Assembly: GCA_963782525.1 (NCBI GenBank)
Contig: CAWAKC010000001.1
Coordinates: 64,001 to 128,000, forward strand
Length of the DNA stretch: 64,000 nt
Reading direction: 5' to 3'
DNA from: Candidatus Bathyarchaeota archaeon
GTDB lineage: Archaea; Thermoproteota; Bathyarchaeia; Bathyarchaeales; Bathycorpusculaceae
In this document: in pieces, positions 50,037-62,789 of the stretch
Layout: each line of letters opens with the position of its first letter
Position numbering within the stretch: the stretch's first letter is position 1
The notes under the pieces: model-generated
Told to the model about the DNA's origin: nothing
Databases searched by the model: none
What the model saw: only the letters and a program-made list of their open reading frames with translations
Program-made: the position numbers and the translations under genes

Positions 50037-51965
50037 CTACCAAATATTTACGTTAAATAAAAATCTCAAACCCCAATTCAAAAGAACCAGAAAAATTACC
50101 GCCAAAACCAAAAAAACAATCCACCGTCGCCAACTCTTCCAACCCCCCACAAAACAAATAACAAAAAACAACCCCAAACTAGACAAAACCACCCAAGGCA
50201 TCAAAAACAGGAACCTATCAAAAACAAAACTTTTAGCCGCAAATAAAATAGAAACACAACCCACAAATACCCAAGCAACTAAAAAATTCGAAACTCCAGA
50301 TTTAAACTTCACCAAAACCAGAAAACCAACAACCGATAAAACAATCAAAAGCCCACTTGCAAAAACCCCACCCAAAACAAAATCCACACTATTCTGCAAC
50401 CCACTCAAAAGAAAACCAACATCAGGGAAACCCAAACTAGACTGAGCAGTAACAAAAACAGAACTCGACGATCCAGCAGAGGACAAAAACCGCCGAGTCA
50501 AATCACAAATCAAACCAACACCTATGGTAGCAAGGACCAAAATAGCCTCACCCTTTACTCGATCAAACAACCGCCCCTTCCCAACCGCTAATCGCCACTC
50601 CAAAAACAAAAACGCCACTAGAGACAGCGCAAAAATAAACCAAGTCCAGGAATGGGAAAATAAAACAAGCACCGATACACTCAATAAACCAAGAAAGCCC
50701 AAACTGGACCACTTATCTAATAATCTAAAAAACAAAAGTACGTAAGCAAACACCAAAATTAACGCCAACATATTGGCAAAATAACCAGAATAAATTAAGC
50801 CCAGACCTTGGAAAGAAAAAGGCACTAACAAAACCCCGATAATCCAAACTGCCCTAAACTTACAAAGCAGCCTTAGAACAAAAAAACTAACTAAACCAAA
50901 CAATACAAGCAACAAAGCAGAAACGTACTCAATTACGCTTAAAGAAGAAACAAAAAAAGATAGGCCATAAATCAAAACCAAAAACAAAGCCCTATCATTA
51001 CCGAGAGCAAAAGATAGAGCAGAATTAACATCTACACTTCTCATGTGCTCAAGCCACTGAAAATAAGCTGGCGAATCAACGCTCACCAACATATTTGTCG
51101 GATTAACCCAAGGCAAAACCGTGAAAACAACAAACAAACAAGAAACAACCGAAGAAACCACAACAGCCAAAGGAACAGCCAAACGACCACGCAAAAAACT
51201 GGTCCCGATTTCACGGTTTAAATCAAATAAACCCCGTAAACGAGCTTCAAAGCCAACCAACCATCCGCCCCTAATTTTATTAAACAACCACTTCCCAGGC
51301 AAAACCATAACCACAAAAGCTGCAACCCCCAACAAAACAAGCATCAAATAAGCATACGATATAAACGGATAACCCATATTCGAAAAAACCAACTCAACAC
51401 TGCTCCAATGCAAGGCAGGACCCGACAGTTGAGGGTTCAAATTCAAAAATGCAGGAACATTAAACAAAATCAAAGCAGCCAACTCTTCAAACAAAACAAG
51501 AAAAAGGGTGCCTACTAACAAACTCTTAAACATGTAAAAGCGAGAAACACCAAAAAAAACAAAAGACAACAAAAAACATAAAACAGCAACCAAAATAGAA
51601 CCCAAAACCATAGCAAAAACATCAATGAACCCAAAAATGACCAAACCGACCAATACAACTAAACTACACGAAACAAAATCTGCCAAAATCCCGTAGATTC
51701 CCTTAAGCCTCCTAGAACCTAAACCATAAAAGAGCCCAACTAAAATAACCAAAACCGCCCCCTCCCAAACATAACGATCTAAACTGCTTGAAAACAAACT
51801 AACAATTCCGTTATGCTCAACCATACCTCTGTTAGTTAGAACAAAAAAAGACAAACCAAAATAACTCACTAAACTAAGCAACGAATATATCAGGCACAAA
51901 GCAAGCGAAAAACCTATTGCTAAAACCAACAGCTTTTGCTTGTTCAAACTTTCTGACAGCTTCAC
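50037..51965 (-). CDS. Large polytopic membrane protein (possibly GT-C/polymerase-like)
   Basis: 642 aa, many TMs, SVDSPAY and HSWTW motifs; strongly G/T-rich coding strand. Confidence 0.78.
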   Translation of the reverse strand: MKLSESLNKQKLLVLAIGFSLALCLIYSLLSLVSYFGLSFFVLTNRGMVEHNGIVSLFSSSLDRYVWEGAVLVILVGLFYGLGSRRLKGIYGILADFVSCSLVVLVGLVIFGFIDVFAMVLGSILVAVLCFLLSFVFFGVSRFYMFKSLLVGTLFLVLFEELAALILFNVPAFLNLNPQLSGPALHWSSVELVFSNMGYPFISYAYLMLVLLGVAAFVVMVLPGKWLFNKIRGGWLVGFEARLRGLFDLNREIGTSFLRGRLAVPLAVVVSSVVSCLFVVFTVLPWVNPTNMLVSVDSPAYFQWLEHMRSVDVNSALSFALGNDRALFLVLIYGLSFFVSSLSVIEYVSALLLVLFGLVSFFVLRLLCKFRAVWIIGVLLVPFSFQGLGLIYSGYFANMLALILVFAYVLLFFRLLDKWSSLGFLGLLSVSVLVLFSHSWTWFIFALSLVAFLFLEWRLAVGKGRLFDRVKGEAILVLATIGVGLICDLTRRFLSSAGSSSSVFVTAQSSLGFPDVGFLLSGLQNSVDFVLGGVFASGLLIVLSVVGFLVLVKFKSGVSNFLVAWVFVGCVSILFAAKSFVFDRFLFLMPWVVLSSLGLFFVICFVGGWKSWRRWIVFLVLAVIFLVLLNWGLRFLFNVNIW

Positions 51966-52477
51966 ATCACTTAGCCCAACAACTTATTCCATAATCATTC
52001 ATGGAGTAAGAGTAATAATCCATAGACCATAAATTAGTTGCCCTAATCAAGGAATTCTCACTCAGTACGAAGTCTGTTTCTTTGAGGCACTCGATGCCTT
52101 AACGGGGCATATTTAATTTGCTTTGAATATTGTTAACCAGCAAGAACCAAAGGCTTCGGAAACGCCTTGTTAAGGGCTCAATCCTTGTGCAAAACAGCAA
52201 GTTGCATAATAGATGAATGGACTCATTGAACTGGAGAAGCCAAGCACCCCCAATATGCTTTGTAACCGAGAAATAAAGTGTGGATAGAACTGTTTCAGCA
52301 TCGAAATGTAGACATGCAAAGTTATCAAGACCATAAGAAACTGCGATTAATCGGAGCCAAAAACCGTTTTGCCTGCAGTACTATCAATAAGGGTCAAAAG
52401 TTTTAATCAATTGTTGTAGAAAACCGTGATTTCAAGGAAATTGATGATAAATTATTGAACTGTCTAGCCAAAGCATA

Positions 52478-53816
52478 TTACCCTAATCCAATGGCGATAA
52501 ATTTCAATTTTTTTGAGAAGACTTCAGGGTCAAAAATTCTTCTGCCATCAATTAGGATGGGTTGCTTCATGTTTTTGGTGAAGTCATCAGGTGTCAGTTT
52601 TTTGAATTCTTCCCACTCAGTAACCAGAATGCATGCGTCAGCATTTTTTATACATTCAAACGCTGATTTAGCATAATGGATTTTGTCGTTAAAGATGGTC
52701 TTTGCAATGGGTGCGGCAACTGGATCATAAGCTGTCACGCTTGCACCTTCGCGTAACAATTGGTTAATGATGGGTATAACTCGTGCCTCTCTCATGTCGT
52801 CTGTATCTGGTTTAAAGGCTAAGCCAAGGATGGCGATGCTTTTTCCCTCGAGACTTCCAAGCTCCTCTCTGCAAAATGTAACTGCTTTCAAAGGTTGAGT
52901 TTTGTTAACCGCCTCAACAGAATCCAAAAGCTCAGGGTCATAACCCAAGCTCTTTGAACAAGCAATCAACGCCTTAACATCCTTAGGAAAACATGAACCC
53001 CCATAGCCCAAGCCAGCATCCAAAAAAAGGGCCAATACGCTTATCCAGACCCATCGCTTTGGCAACAATTTTAACGTCTGCACCAAGGATTTTTTCGCAC
53101 ATGTTAGCAATAGTGTTTATGAAACTGATTTTGGTGGCAAGCATGGAGTTGCTGGCATACTTGATCAGTTCAGCGGTAGAAAGACTGGTTCTAATGATCG
53201 TGGGTACGTGTTCACTGTAGAAGCCTTTGTATAATTCTTCTAAAACATCGCCCGAACGATTATCAAAAGAGCCAATAACGACTCTCTCGGCATTTATGGT
53301 GTCTTGAAAAGCGGAACCTTGACGCAAAAATTCTGGATTCATGCATAAGCCAAAATCTTTACCGGCAACTTTTCCTGATTCTTTTTCAAGAAGGGGGTTA
53401 ACAATATTTTGTGTTGTTCCAGGCACCACTGTGCTTTTAATTATTGTAATGTGATAAGTATCTTTTTTCTTAAGCGCTTTTCCAATGTTACTTGCAGCCG
53501 ACTCAATATATTTTAAGTCAATGCTACCATCGGGTTTACTTGGTGTTCCCACGGCAACAAACGTTAAATCCGTTTTAGAAATAACCCAATCTGTTTGACC
53601 AACTACGCCCTTAAGATGACCCTTTTGAATGCTCTCCGAAAGTTTCTCTGCCAGACTAGGTTCATAGAAAGTAGGAATCCCTTGGTTTATTTTTGTGATT
53701 TTTTCCTCATCAACATCGCAGGCAAGAACATTGTAACCCTTACTCGCAAAACCCACTGCTGTACATAAACCAACATAACCAGTACCGATAACAGATATTT
53801 TGGGCTGTTTTTCCAA
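52478..53816 (-). CDS. ugd: UDP-glucose 6-dehydrogenase, frameshift near 53022-53028 (T7 run)
   Basis: IGTGYVGL, NPEFLRQG, KYASN, GYGGSCFPKD, LAFKPDTDDMRE. Confidence 0.9.
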
Positions 53817-53909
53817 GCTAACATGACTCCTAGCGAATGATTGTTGGAAATTAGCTTGCATTAAATATATATGGGTTATACAAGAATTGGAGAGGGAAGG
53901 ATAATAGAA

Positions 53910-54779
53910 ATGGTGCTTAAAGTCGTAATCCCCGCAGCAGGTTTAGGAACCCGCCTATTTCCAGCAACCAAAGAGCAGCCCAAAGAAATGCTACCAATTT
54001 TCTCCAAAACTGCACAAGGAGAAATGACTGTTAAGCCAGTGGTGCAGTTGGTTTTTGAGCAATTGCATGAGGGTGGACTTCGCGAATTCTGCTATGTTGT
54101 AGGCAGAGGCAAACGAGGAATAGAAGATCATTTCACCCCTGACGCACAATGCATCAGAACCCTTGAAGTAATGGGCAAAAATGATTTAGCCTCTGACTTA
54201 GAAGGCTTTTACGAAAAACTTGACTCTTCAACAATCATGTGGGTTAACCAACCTGAACCCAAAGGCTTTGGCAACGCAGTTTTAATGGCTCAACCCTTCG
54301 TGCAAAACGAAAGTTGTTTGGTTCACGCAGGAGACAGTTGCATAATATCGGAAAAAATGGATTACGTAAAAAAACTTCTCGAAGCCTTCAACCGATTTAA
54401 CGCTGACGCAGCTTTTCTTGTACTTGAAATCAAAAATCCCAAACAATACGGAATTGTCGAAGGAGAAGAAATTGAACCAGGAATAATAAAAGTTGAAGCT
54501 GTTGTTGAGAAACCTGAAAAACCAAAAACGAACTGGGCAATTATGGCAATGTATGTTTTCCACCCAATTATCTTCAAAGCATTAGAAGCAACTAAACCAG
54601 GAAACAACGGAGAAATCCAGCTAACAGATGCTATCCAGAAACTTGTTGATTGGGGATTAAAAGTATACGCTATAAAATTAGATGAAAGTTATTCGCACCT
54701 GGACATTGGAAGCCCAGAAAGGTATTGGGAGGCACTAGAGCTTTCATACAAGCAATTCTGCAAGAGGACAACAACATGA
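53910..54779 (+). CDS. galU: UTP-glucose-1-phosphate uridylyltransferase
   Basis: VIPAAGLGTRLFPATKEQPKEMLP, VVEKP, EIQLTDAI. Confidence 0.9.
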   Translation: MVLKVVIPAAGLGTRLFPATKEQPKEMLPIFSKTAQGEMTVKPVVQLVFEQLHEGGLREFCYVVGRGKRGIEDHFTPDAQCIRTLEVMGKNDLASDLEGFYEKLDSSTIMWVNQPEPKGFGNAVLMAQPFVQNESCLVHAGDSCIISEKMDYVKKLLEAFNRFNADAAFLVLEIKNPKQYGIVEGEEIEPGIIKVEAVVEKPEKPKTNWAIMAMYVFHPIIFKALEATKPGNNGEIQLTDAIQKLVDWGLKVYAIKLDESYSHLDIGSPERYWEALELSYKQFCKRTTT

Positions 54780-55786
54780 TGGATTCCATAATCACCCAAG
54801 ACATTGATACAATATTGGGAGCGGTCAAAGGAGATAGCTTTGAGGGAAAAAAAGTGCTTGTCACAGGCGGCGCCGGTTTTATTGGCAGCTGGCTATGCGA
54901 CGTCCTCCTTAAGTTTAGAGCAAATGTAACTACAATAGATGACTTATCGACTGGAAGAATGAAAAACATTGACCACTTAAGTAAAAATTCACATTTTGAT
55001 TTCATTAAGTCAGATGTTTGTAAATTCGAGAGCCCAGAAAAGTTTGATTTTATCCTCCACATGGCTGGACACGCATCACCCGACGAGTATCAAGCGCACC
55101 CAATTGAAACACTCCAGACAAGTGCTCTTGGAACTTTTGCGATGGCTGAGTTGGCAAGAAAAAATGATGCCAAATTACTGTTTGCTTCAACTTCAGAGGT
55201 GTATGGCGACACAGAAGTAATTCCTACTCCAGAAACCTACTGGGGAAAAGTTAACCCCATCGGACCACGTTCATGTTATGACGAAGGCAAACGCTTCGCT
55301 GAAGCCTTACTTATGGCATATAGCAAGCAACAGGGATTGGATGTTCGAATACCCAGAATCTTCAACTCCTACGGTCCACGACTAAGAGAAGACGGATTAT
55401 ACGGCAGAGCCATGTCCCGCTTTATCCAACAAGCAATAACCAACCAACCTATAACCGTCTACGGTGACGGAAAACAAACACGGTCATTCTGCTACATAAC
55501 TGACACTGTTACAGGATTACTGCTTTTAGCTCAGAAACAAGAAGCTAATGGTGAAGTTGTTAACGTAGGGAATATCAAAGAAGTCACCATAATAGAGCTT
55601 GCACAGAAGATTAAAGCGGTAACAAAAACTAAATCAGAAATACAGTTCCATCCTTTGCCTAAGGATGATCCTAAGAGGCGTTGCCCCGACATCCGAAAGC
55701 TGGAGAGCTTGGTTTGTTGGAGCCCGAGCGTAAGTTTAGGGGATGGGTTAGAGCGTACAGTCAAGTGGTTTGCCGATAAAGTGTGA
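54776..55786 (+). CDS. uxs: UDP-glucuronate decarboxylase (UDP-xylose synthase) family
   Basis: TGGAGFIGS, STSEVYGD, VNPIGPRSCYDEGKR, DDPKRRCPDI. Confidence 0.9.
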   Translation: MMDSIITQDIDTILGAVKGDSFEGKKVLVTGGAGFIGSWLCDVLLKFRANVTTIDDLSTGRMKNIDHLSKNSHFDFIKSDVCKFESPEKFDFILHMAGHASPDEYQAHPIETLQTSALGTFAMAELARKNDAKLLFASTSEVYGDTEVIPTPETYWGKVNPIGPRSCYDEGKRFAEALLMAYSKQQGLDVRIPRIFNSYGPRLREDGLYGRAMSRFIQQAITNQPITVYGDGKQTRSFCYITDTVTGLLLLAQKQEANGEVVNVGNIKEVTIIELAQKIKAVTKTKSEIQFHPLPKDDPKRRCPDIRKLESLVCWSPSVSLGDGLERTVKWFADKV

Positions 55787-55848
55787 CTTTATTTACCCTT
55801 TTTTACCGTTTTTGTAATTACCAAAGCTCCCAGAGGGTGGAACCGAGC

Positions 55849-56070
55849 GTCGCCATCATGGAGTTTTATCCTTCTGTTCCTCTGATTGTGGGTTACTTTG
55901 GCATTTTTGCCGATTAAACTATCTTCAAGCCGCTCAACACCCTTAACCGAACCGCTCTCTTGAACCGCACAATATTCAAGGTTCGAACTGCAAATTTTTG
56001 AGTAGCCGCCAATGCTTGTGTGAGGTCCGATGAAAGAATCCTCAATCAACACAACCTTCCCAATCACGCA
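55849..56070 (-). pseudogene. Duplicated 3' fragment of rfbA
   Basis: Colinear with 35447-35668 (CVIGK.VLIEDSFIGP.TSIG...KLH.GD). Confidence 0.85.
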
Positions 56071-56436
56071 CAACCTTTTCTGTTGATGCCGGTTACCAAG
56101 TGTTAGGCAATCTAACGCTCTTAGATCATATGTTTAGCAACTTAATTGGTTCAGCACTTAGGAAACTAAAACTGATCCATTACAATTACAACGAACCAAA
56201 TCGACTGCTTACAAGGCATATTTGTTTGGTATATCGGTCAATACCCTAATTACTATTGACTGGGCGTGTACAATTAACCGATAACTTCATTGACAACAAA
56301 ATAGGAGCCATCTATCATACGGTCGGACCAGACATCTCTTACAGCGGAAACCACGGATATGGCACACCTTCTTAGTGCAGAAAAGGTTTTTATTATAAAG
56401 CTTTTTTAGATTAAAAAGGCTGCTTAAAGAAATTTC

Positions 56437-57770
56437 TTAATTAGATATCTGTTTTTTGACAAAACAAAGCGCACTTTCTACGCAAGCATCCATATTAAGA
56501 TACTTAAATTCGGAGAATCTACCGACTAATCCTATCCCTTTTTCGTCAAAATAGTTATTGATAATGCTAAGATTAGCATTGTAGTTGAGGTCATTGATAA
56601 CATAGGCATATTGTGTTCTATGCACCTTTGCAAAACCGACATCTTTCTTGTTGATTAAGCCCAGCCATGACAAGTCATCGACCGTTCGTTCAACGATGTC
56701 TTTATCAGACATCTTCCAAATAGGGTCACCAACATTACAGGTTATTTCTGTTAGCACCGACGATTTCTTGAATGGAGCAACGCATGGGCTATAGTTTGAC
56801 GGGAAGCTTATACGGTGAGTGAGAACTGCCTTGTCAGAGATATAAAGCCACGAAAGATCATTTAATTTATCCTTGTTTATACCAAGCATTACCACGATTA
56901 GGGAATTATACTTTAGAGAACCCGCTGCCTCCTTTACTTCTTTGGGGGCATCAACAGCGCCAACCAGGTTTTGGATCGGCATTGTGGAAACTATTCTATC
57001 AAACGATTTCTCAATTTGACCATTGGAAACAATCCACTGGTTATCTTCATAACTAACACTTTTGACCGGGAAGTTCAAGATTATTTTTTCTTTGCCGATT
57101 TTGGTTTCAAGCGCTCGTATTATCGCTTCTATTCCTCCTGTTCGAGAATAGTAGAAATGCAATTGGTGAGTGTAACCTTCTGTCTCTATGCCCAACGACG
57201 ATTTTATTATGTCTTCGACTGGAGGATCAGGGATTCTCTTACCCAATTAATACCCATTTCCTCTAGGCGATATTTCCAGATCTTTTCATTATAGGGTACA
57301 AGATATTTTTTAGCGATTCCCTCACCGAAGGTATTAAAAAACCATTCACTTAGATTTTTAGAGTTAACCGATTGGCATTTGGCCTTTCTTAGAAGCGACT
57401 GGATGAACCCATTCAAGCACTCAAAGTTTTCTTCCTTTGACAAGGCAGCTAAGCCGTTCTCAAACGGATACTTAACGAGAAGTTTTTTGTATAAAACCTT
57501 TGTATTGCGTCGATTTTTGATTTTGTTTTGCCCCAAGAGGTCTGTAAGAAAATTTAGCGCGTCAATATTCTTTGAAAAGATTATATGAGAGCCTGCATCG
57601 TCAAAGGTAAAACCGTCTTGTTGACTTGAACGCATCAAACCGCCGCATGCTTGATCCTTCTCGAGGATTTCAAAACTCAGGCCCTTCTGATTTAACAAGT
57701 GTCCTATTGTTAGTCCAGATAGCCCTCCGCCAAAAATACCAGTTTTAACTTTGGTGCTTGTTCTGATTGC
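56437..57770 (-). CDS. FAD-dependent oxidoreductase (protoporphyrinogen oxidase/UDP-galactopyranose mutase-like), frameshift near 57240
   Basis: GGGLSGL, GGLMRS..GFTFD.AGSH, PYNEKIW, GRFSEFKYLNMD; start unclear. Confidence 0.82.
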
Positions 57771-57945
57771 AAGTCCCTCTGAATTGCTGAGAAGTTATAA
57801 AATGCCTAATATTAATATTCTACCCTTTCCTGCGGAAAAGAGCGCATACCTAAAATAAAACTCAAAAGGAAATATGTTTAAATTTCAAATTTATACTTAG
57901 ATAACTCTCAAAAGTTGCGTCTGACTGTCAGATAGGCAGGTAACG

Positions 57946-60916
57946 ATGATACTCACAAAAAAAGAACTTCCCTGCCTTGTTCTAAACCCAAGAATCGAGA
58001 GGTATTCCGTGCGAAATCTACAAGTTACCGTAATCAACCATTGCCTAGTTTTCATACGGAAATTCTGGCCAGTTTTAATTGTTTTCGCTTTGGGCTTAAC
58101 ACCCTTGTTGTGGTTTAGATCCGGTTTTATTGTCGTCTGAGGAGATTACTTTCCTTTCGTTAACCCTCTGGCTAACTCTAGATTCATGTATACATGGTCA
58201 GATGCCACAGCACTAGGAGCGTCCCGCAAGCAGGCAATCCTACTCCAATGCAGAGCATTTGGTTTGCTCTCTGGTATATTTTAGCGAGCGCCGGATTGAG
58301 CATCGGTTCCATCCAAATTATTCTCCAAGTAACTTACTTCCTAGGCGCAGGACTATCAATATACCTTCTTGCGTCAACTGTCTATAAACAGGGGAAGTGA
58401 TGCCATTTGTGGCCAGCATTTTTTACATGTTTAACTTAATTATGTTCTTTAGAAACTTCAACGACGCGGCTTCTTGGTCTTAGTATTAATACCGTTAATG
58501 ATCTTCTTTTACATAAGAATCATCCGTAATGTCAGACAAGGCCACAGAATAACCGGTAACGTAATAGCTCTCTCGGTAATTTCAACGGTGCTTTTGAGTT
58601 TTTCACTTACCAATCCAGCTTATACTGTGTTAACCGTAACTGTGTTCTTTGTCCTTTTTCTGTATTCCTTAATCACGGAAAAAGGTTTACGCTTGAAAAT
58701 TTTCAAGGCCCTATGTTTTCTTTCCTCTGTAACCCTGCTCATGAATATATGGTGGATAATACCGCTCATAATTGAAATCACATCCTACGCTGGCGGCTTT
58801 ATCCAGCTAGGAACAACTACTAACGTAGTTGGATGGTCGTTCGTTTATGGAAGATCAAGCTTTCTTAACCTATTCTGGCTCAACGGCATTTGGAACTGGA
58901 CCCCAGAATATTTCCCATACATCGGTACTTATGCTAATCCAATCCTGCAAACGCTACTCTTTATCCCTATAATTCTTGCGTTTTCAGCGCTATTTTTCAA
59001 AGGAAAATACCGAAAAATCAATCTTATTTTTGCTGCAACAATAGTTGTCCTAATATTTCTTGCAAAAGGTCTGCATCCACCACTAGGCCACATAAATCTT
59101 TTTGTATATAACCACCTACCAGGCGCATTTCTTTTCAGAGAGCCCTTCTTAAAATTATACGACTTCCTTCTCATTCCCATGGCACTGTTAATTGGGTTTG
59201 CGACAACTTCAGTTGTGCAGAAGATAAAAATCTCAAACTTACCATACAAAAAAATCCTCTGTCTATTGCTAGTCCTCTTCTTAGTATCAAGCTTTATCAT
59301 CTCAGTTTTCCCTCTCTTCAAAACCGATCTTTTATTCGGCAAAACCGAAGCTCTTCCATTTTCATCGTACGTCCAAATACCTACTTATTGGTACCAAGCC
59401 AGTGATTACATAAATAGCATTTCAGGTAATTTCAGAGTCCTCCAGACGCCCGGAGACGATTTCTATCAAATTCCCTATATATGGGGATACTACGGTTCAG
59501 ACGCCATCGCTTCCTCTCTGATCACAAAGCCTGTACTGCAAAACAGCTTCGGCTATGCTAGCGTAAATGACATGGCATCATTAATTTACCAAGAATTTGA
59601 TGCAAACGAATCGGTGGCTTTTGTTAATACAATATCACTCTTGAATATCAAATACATTATTCAAAGAAATGACGTGTGGTGGAACTATAGCGGAAGAACC
59701 ATACATTCTCCAGAGTACATGAAATCGTTCCTATCTAACACAAGCGGTATTAAGCTTGTGACTTCCTTTGGTCCACTCGACATTTTCGAAGTCTCAGACA
59801 ACCTGTCCCTTCCAAGAGTTACACAACCAATAGCCAAATATTTACTGACAACTCAATTACTGATTACACGCAGATACTTTCAGCAACAATACATCAATTC
59901 ACTCGGCATTCTTCTGTCCGACAAGTTAAGTGCCTCTCAGGATCAGTTTTTCACGGGGTTTGCCAAATACATTGATCAACAACAAGACTGAAATAAACTA
60001 GCATGCCGGAAACGGTAGAAAACTTTCATTCACGTGGGACGACTTGATACCTGGAAGCCTCCAAATTAGGTATTATTCTGGTCGGAAAAATGTCATAACG
60101 GATGGTAATGAAACTCAGGACACTTTAAAATTTCCGTCACTAGACTCATGTCCTTACGAATTTTCCTCTGCCTACAATGAGACCGGTTGGGCCGCGCATA
60201 ATTCTACATTAGTTTTTCTAAAACAGGAAGTGGGCCTATGGCAATCGGCGAAATGCTATGTGGAGGACAACCAATACCCGATATAATGGGTGTATGGTGG
60301 CAAACAGGTTGGGAAGGCATGGGAACAAAACATCTACAGATCCCAATTATAATTCCAGCTAACCAAGAAGCAATAATTCAATTCCACCATATCCTCACCG
60401 AGAATATCACAATAGTGAGCAACCCAATTCCTTTTAAGACTAACTCGCCATCGGATAACAAATTGTTTGAGCAAAACTGCCCCAACTTGAATTCAGAGTA
60501 ATCAATCCCACGTAAGTAGAAGTAACAATAAAAAATGCAACTCAACCCTTCTTTCTTACTTTCGGAGAAAACTATGATCCTCAATGGAAAGCTTATGTCA
60601 TAAATAATGGTGAAGGTGTGAGTCAAAACGGATTCCCAATCCAAGATATCTCTTATCTATTTAATCAACCGATAAGCAATCAGTATCATTTCATAGCTAA
60701 TGGATATGCGAATGCATGGTACATCGACCCCCTTCAATTGCATGAAGGGACAAACTTACAATCACTCTCTTCTTCGTTCCTCAAGCCTATTACTATATAG
60801 GTGAACTAGTAACCGTAGTAACAATAGTCTTAGCAGCTTGCTACTTACTTTTGACTTTTGTAAGGAAGAAAAGCGTCGAAATATTAATATTACATAGAAA
60901 AGTTCGATGGCTTTAA
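57946..60916 (+). CDS. Large membrane GT-C-type protein (YfhO/AftD-like), fragmented
   Basis: Multi-TM, LFREP, IPTYWYQASDYIN, IKYIIQRND, ENYDPQWKAY, ANGYANAWYI; several frame breaks. Confidence 0.7.
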
Positions 60917-60973
60917 ATGACCCAAATAACATTTAGGGTTCCAAATAAACACTTTGCATTTGGAGTGCTATAA

Positions 60974-62118
60974 GTGGATATTTTGTTCTCAGGAGCGGTA
61001 TTTTTCATCCCGAATGGAAAGGCGGCGAACCAGTTATCGGAAAAGAATTAATTCGCTTTTTATCAAAGAGACATAATTGTCAAATCTCCAAATCTCTTCC
61101 ATTTGCGCTTGATAAAACGAGATCTATCTTTCGTTTATTGAAAAAGACAATTTGCGTTTATCGTGATTAATAGAGCAAATATCTCAAAAGCGAATGTTGT
61201 CTTATCTTTTTATCATTTTCGACTCATCCATAATGAATGAGTCCTTAAAAAGAAAGGTCCCTCTTATTATTACCCAGCATATCTATTGGGGGCTGTGTCC
61301 CAAATTCGATTTTTGGAACAATGCAACTAATTGCTCTTGTCAAAAGTTGAACCTCAATCGCGAGATTGCAAGGAATGCATTCAAAGCAGATAACCTTGGA
61401 CCTCAACTCGTCTCCAATTGTTGAAAAAATTGATTAATAATTTAAGAAATAACCGCAAACCAACTCTTTGCGCATGTGATGCGATTGTCGTTCCCAGCAA
61501 TTTTATGGTCGGATTATACAAGAGGAACTTGGCGATGTAGACGTAAGAGCAGTGCATAATGGAATCGACACAGAATTGTCTCATCCAACAGAGAGAGACG
61601 TTACCGCTAAAAAACGGATTCTCTATGCTGAAGCAAGGACTAATGTCAAAGGTTATCACCATTTTGTCAAATTAGCAACTGAAGTCTCCAAATTAAGGGA
61701 TGACGTTGAGTTTTTAGCCTTCGGCTACGGCAAAGGCTCGGCACATAATAGCGTAAAGGACCTTGGCTTTCTTAGAAATCTGATGTCCCGAAGGCATAGT
61801 AGCTTATACGCTCTAATTTTCCCGCGTTGTGTGATGACCCCTTTGGTCGATTCCGCTTGAAAGCATGGCCTGCGGATGTCCTGTAATAGCTTATGGCTCG
61901 GGCGGCGTCTCTGAAATGATTAGCACGTAAAAACGGCAACTTGGTTTCAACAGGCGATTTTGATCAACTACTAAAAACGACCATAATCTAGTCGATAACA
62001 CATCAAAGGCAGAACAAATGAGGCTGACATCAAGGCAGTATGTAGAGAAAAATTTCTGTTAGATTCAATGTCAGAAACTACGAAAGGATTATTGTAGAAA
62101 TAGCAAGATAACTTTTAA
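60974..62118 (+). CDS. Glycosyltransferase family 4, fragmented
   Basis: IVVPS, VHNGID, KGYHHF, LESMACGCPVIAYGSGGVSEMI across frames. Confidence 0.7.
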
Positions 62119-62124
62119 TTATTT

Positions 62125-62733
62125 TAGACTTCTTATTTTACGAGCTGGCGCACCCGCAATAACGGTATACGCGGGGAACGAAGAGGTAACAACGCTATAG
62201 CGCCAACAACACAGTGCTTTCCTAAGGACACCCCTTAAGAATAAAGCTATGTGCCCCCAAAAAGCAGTCATCGCCAATTATGATTTCTTTTGGTTCATCG
62301 ATGCCTTGCATAAGAGGCGGGATATCAATGTTTTCAGAAGCATGGTTATGATCTATTACTGACACATCTAAGAAATTAGGCAGTTTTTGCCGATCGTAAT
62401 TTTTTTTGCTGCGCCCATACTGAAGTCGTCGCCGATATTGGAATTATCGCCGATATCAATCGTGGGGTTTGCGTTGGTACCTAAGGGTATTGTCATTATT
62501 GATGCCCTGTAACCAATTGATACATTGTCGCCTATGGTGACGTTTTGCAGGTTGCATTTCCAGAGTGAGTAGCCTGGACCGATAAGGATGTTTCCCGGCT
62601 TTTCCGACTCTGATGTGGAAGGGAAAGCTCATGAGGTAAAAAACGCGCTCTCTCCTTTCCTAATTAGTTTTGAAGACAATCTGGTTTTATCGTTTTCCCA
62701 GCCTGGGCGTCGAAGCCCATCTTTGCTGCCCAT
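62125..62733 (-). CDS. Hexapeptide-repeat acyltransferase, fragmented
   Basis: VTIGDNVSIG, IDIGDNSNIGDD, IIIGDDCF, VIAGAPARKI across frames. Confidence 0.7.
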
Positions 62734-62789
62734 GTTTAGCCTCTTTTTTACGTATACATTATAGCTGTTATATATACGCTTGTGAATCG

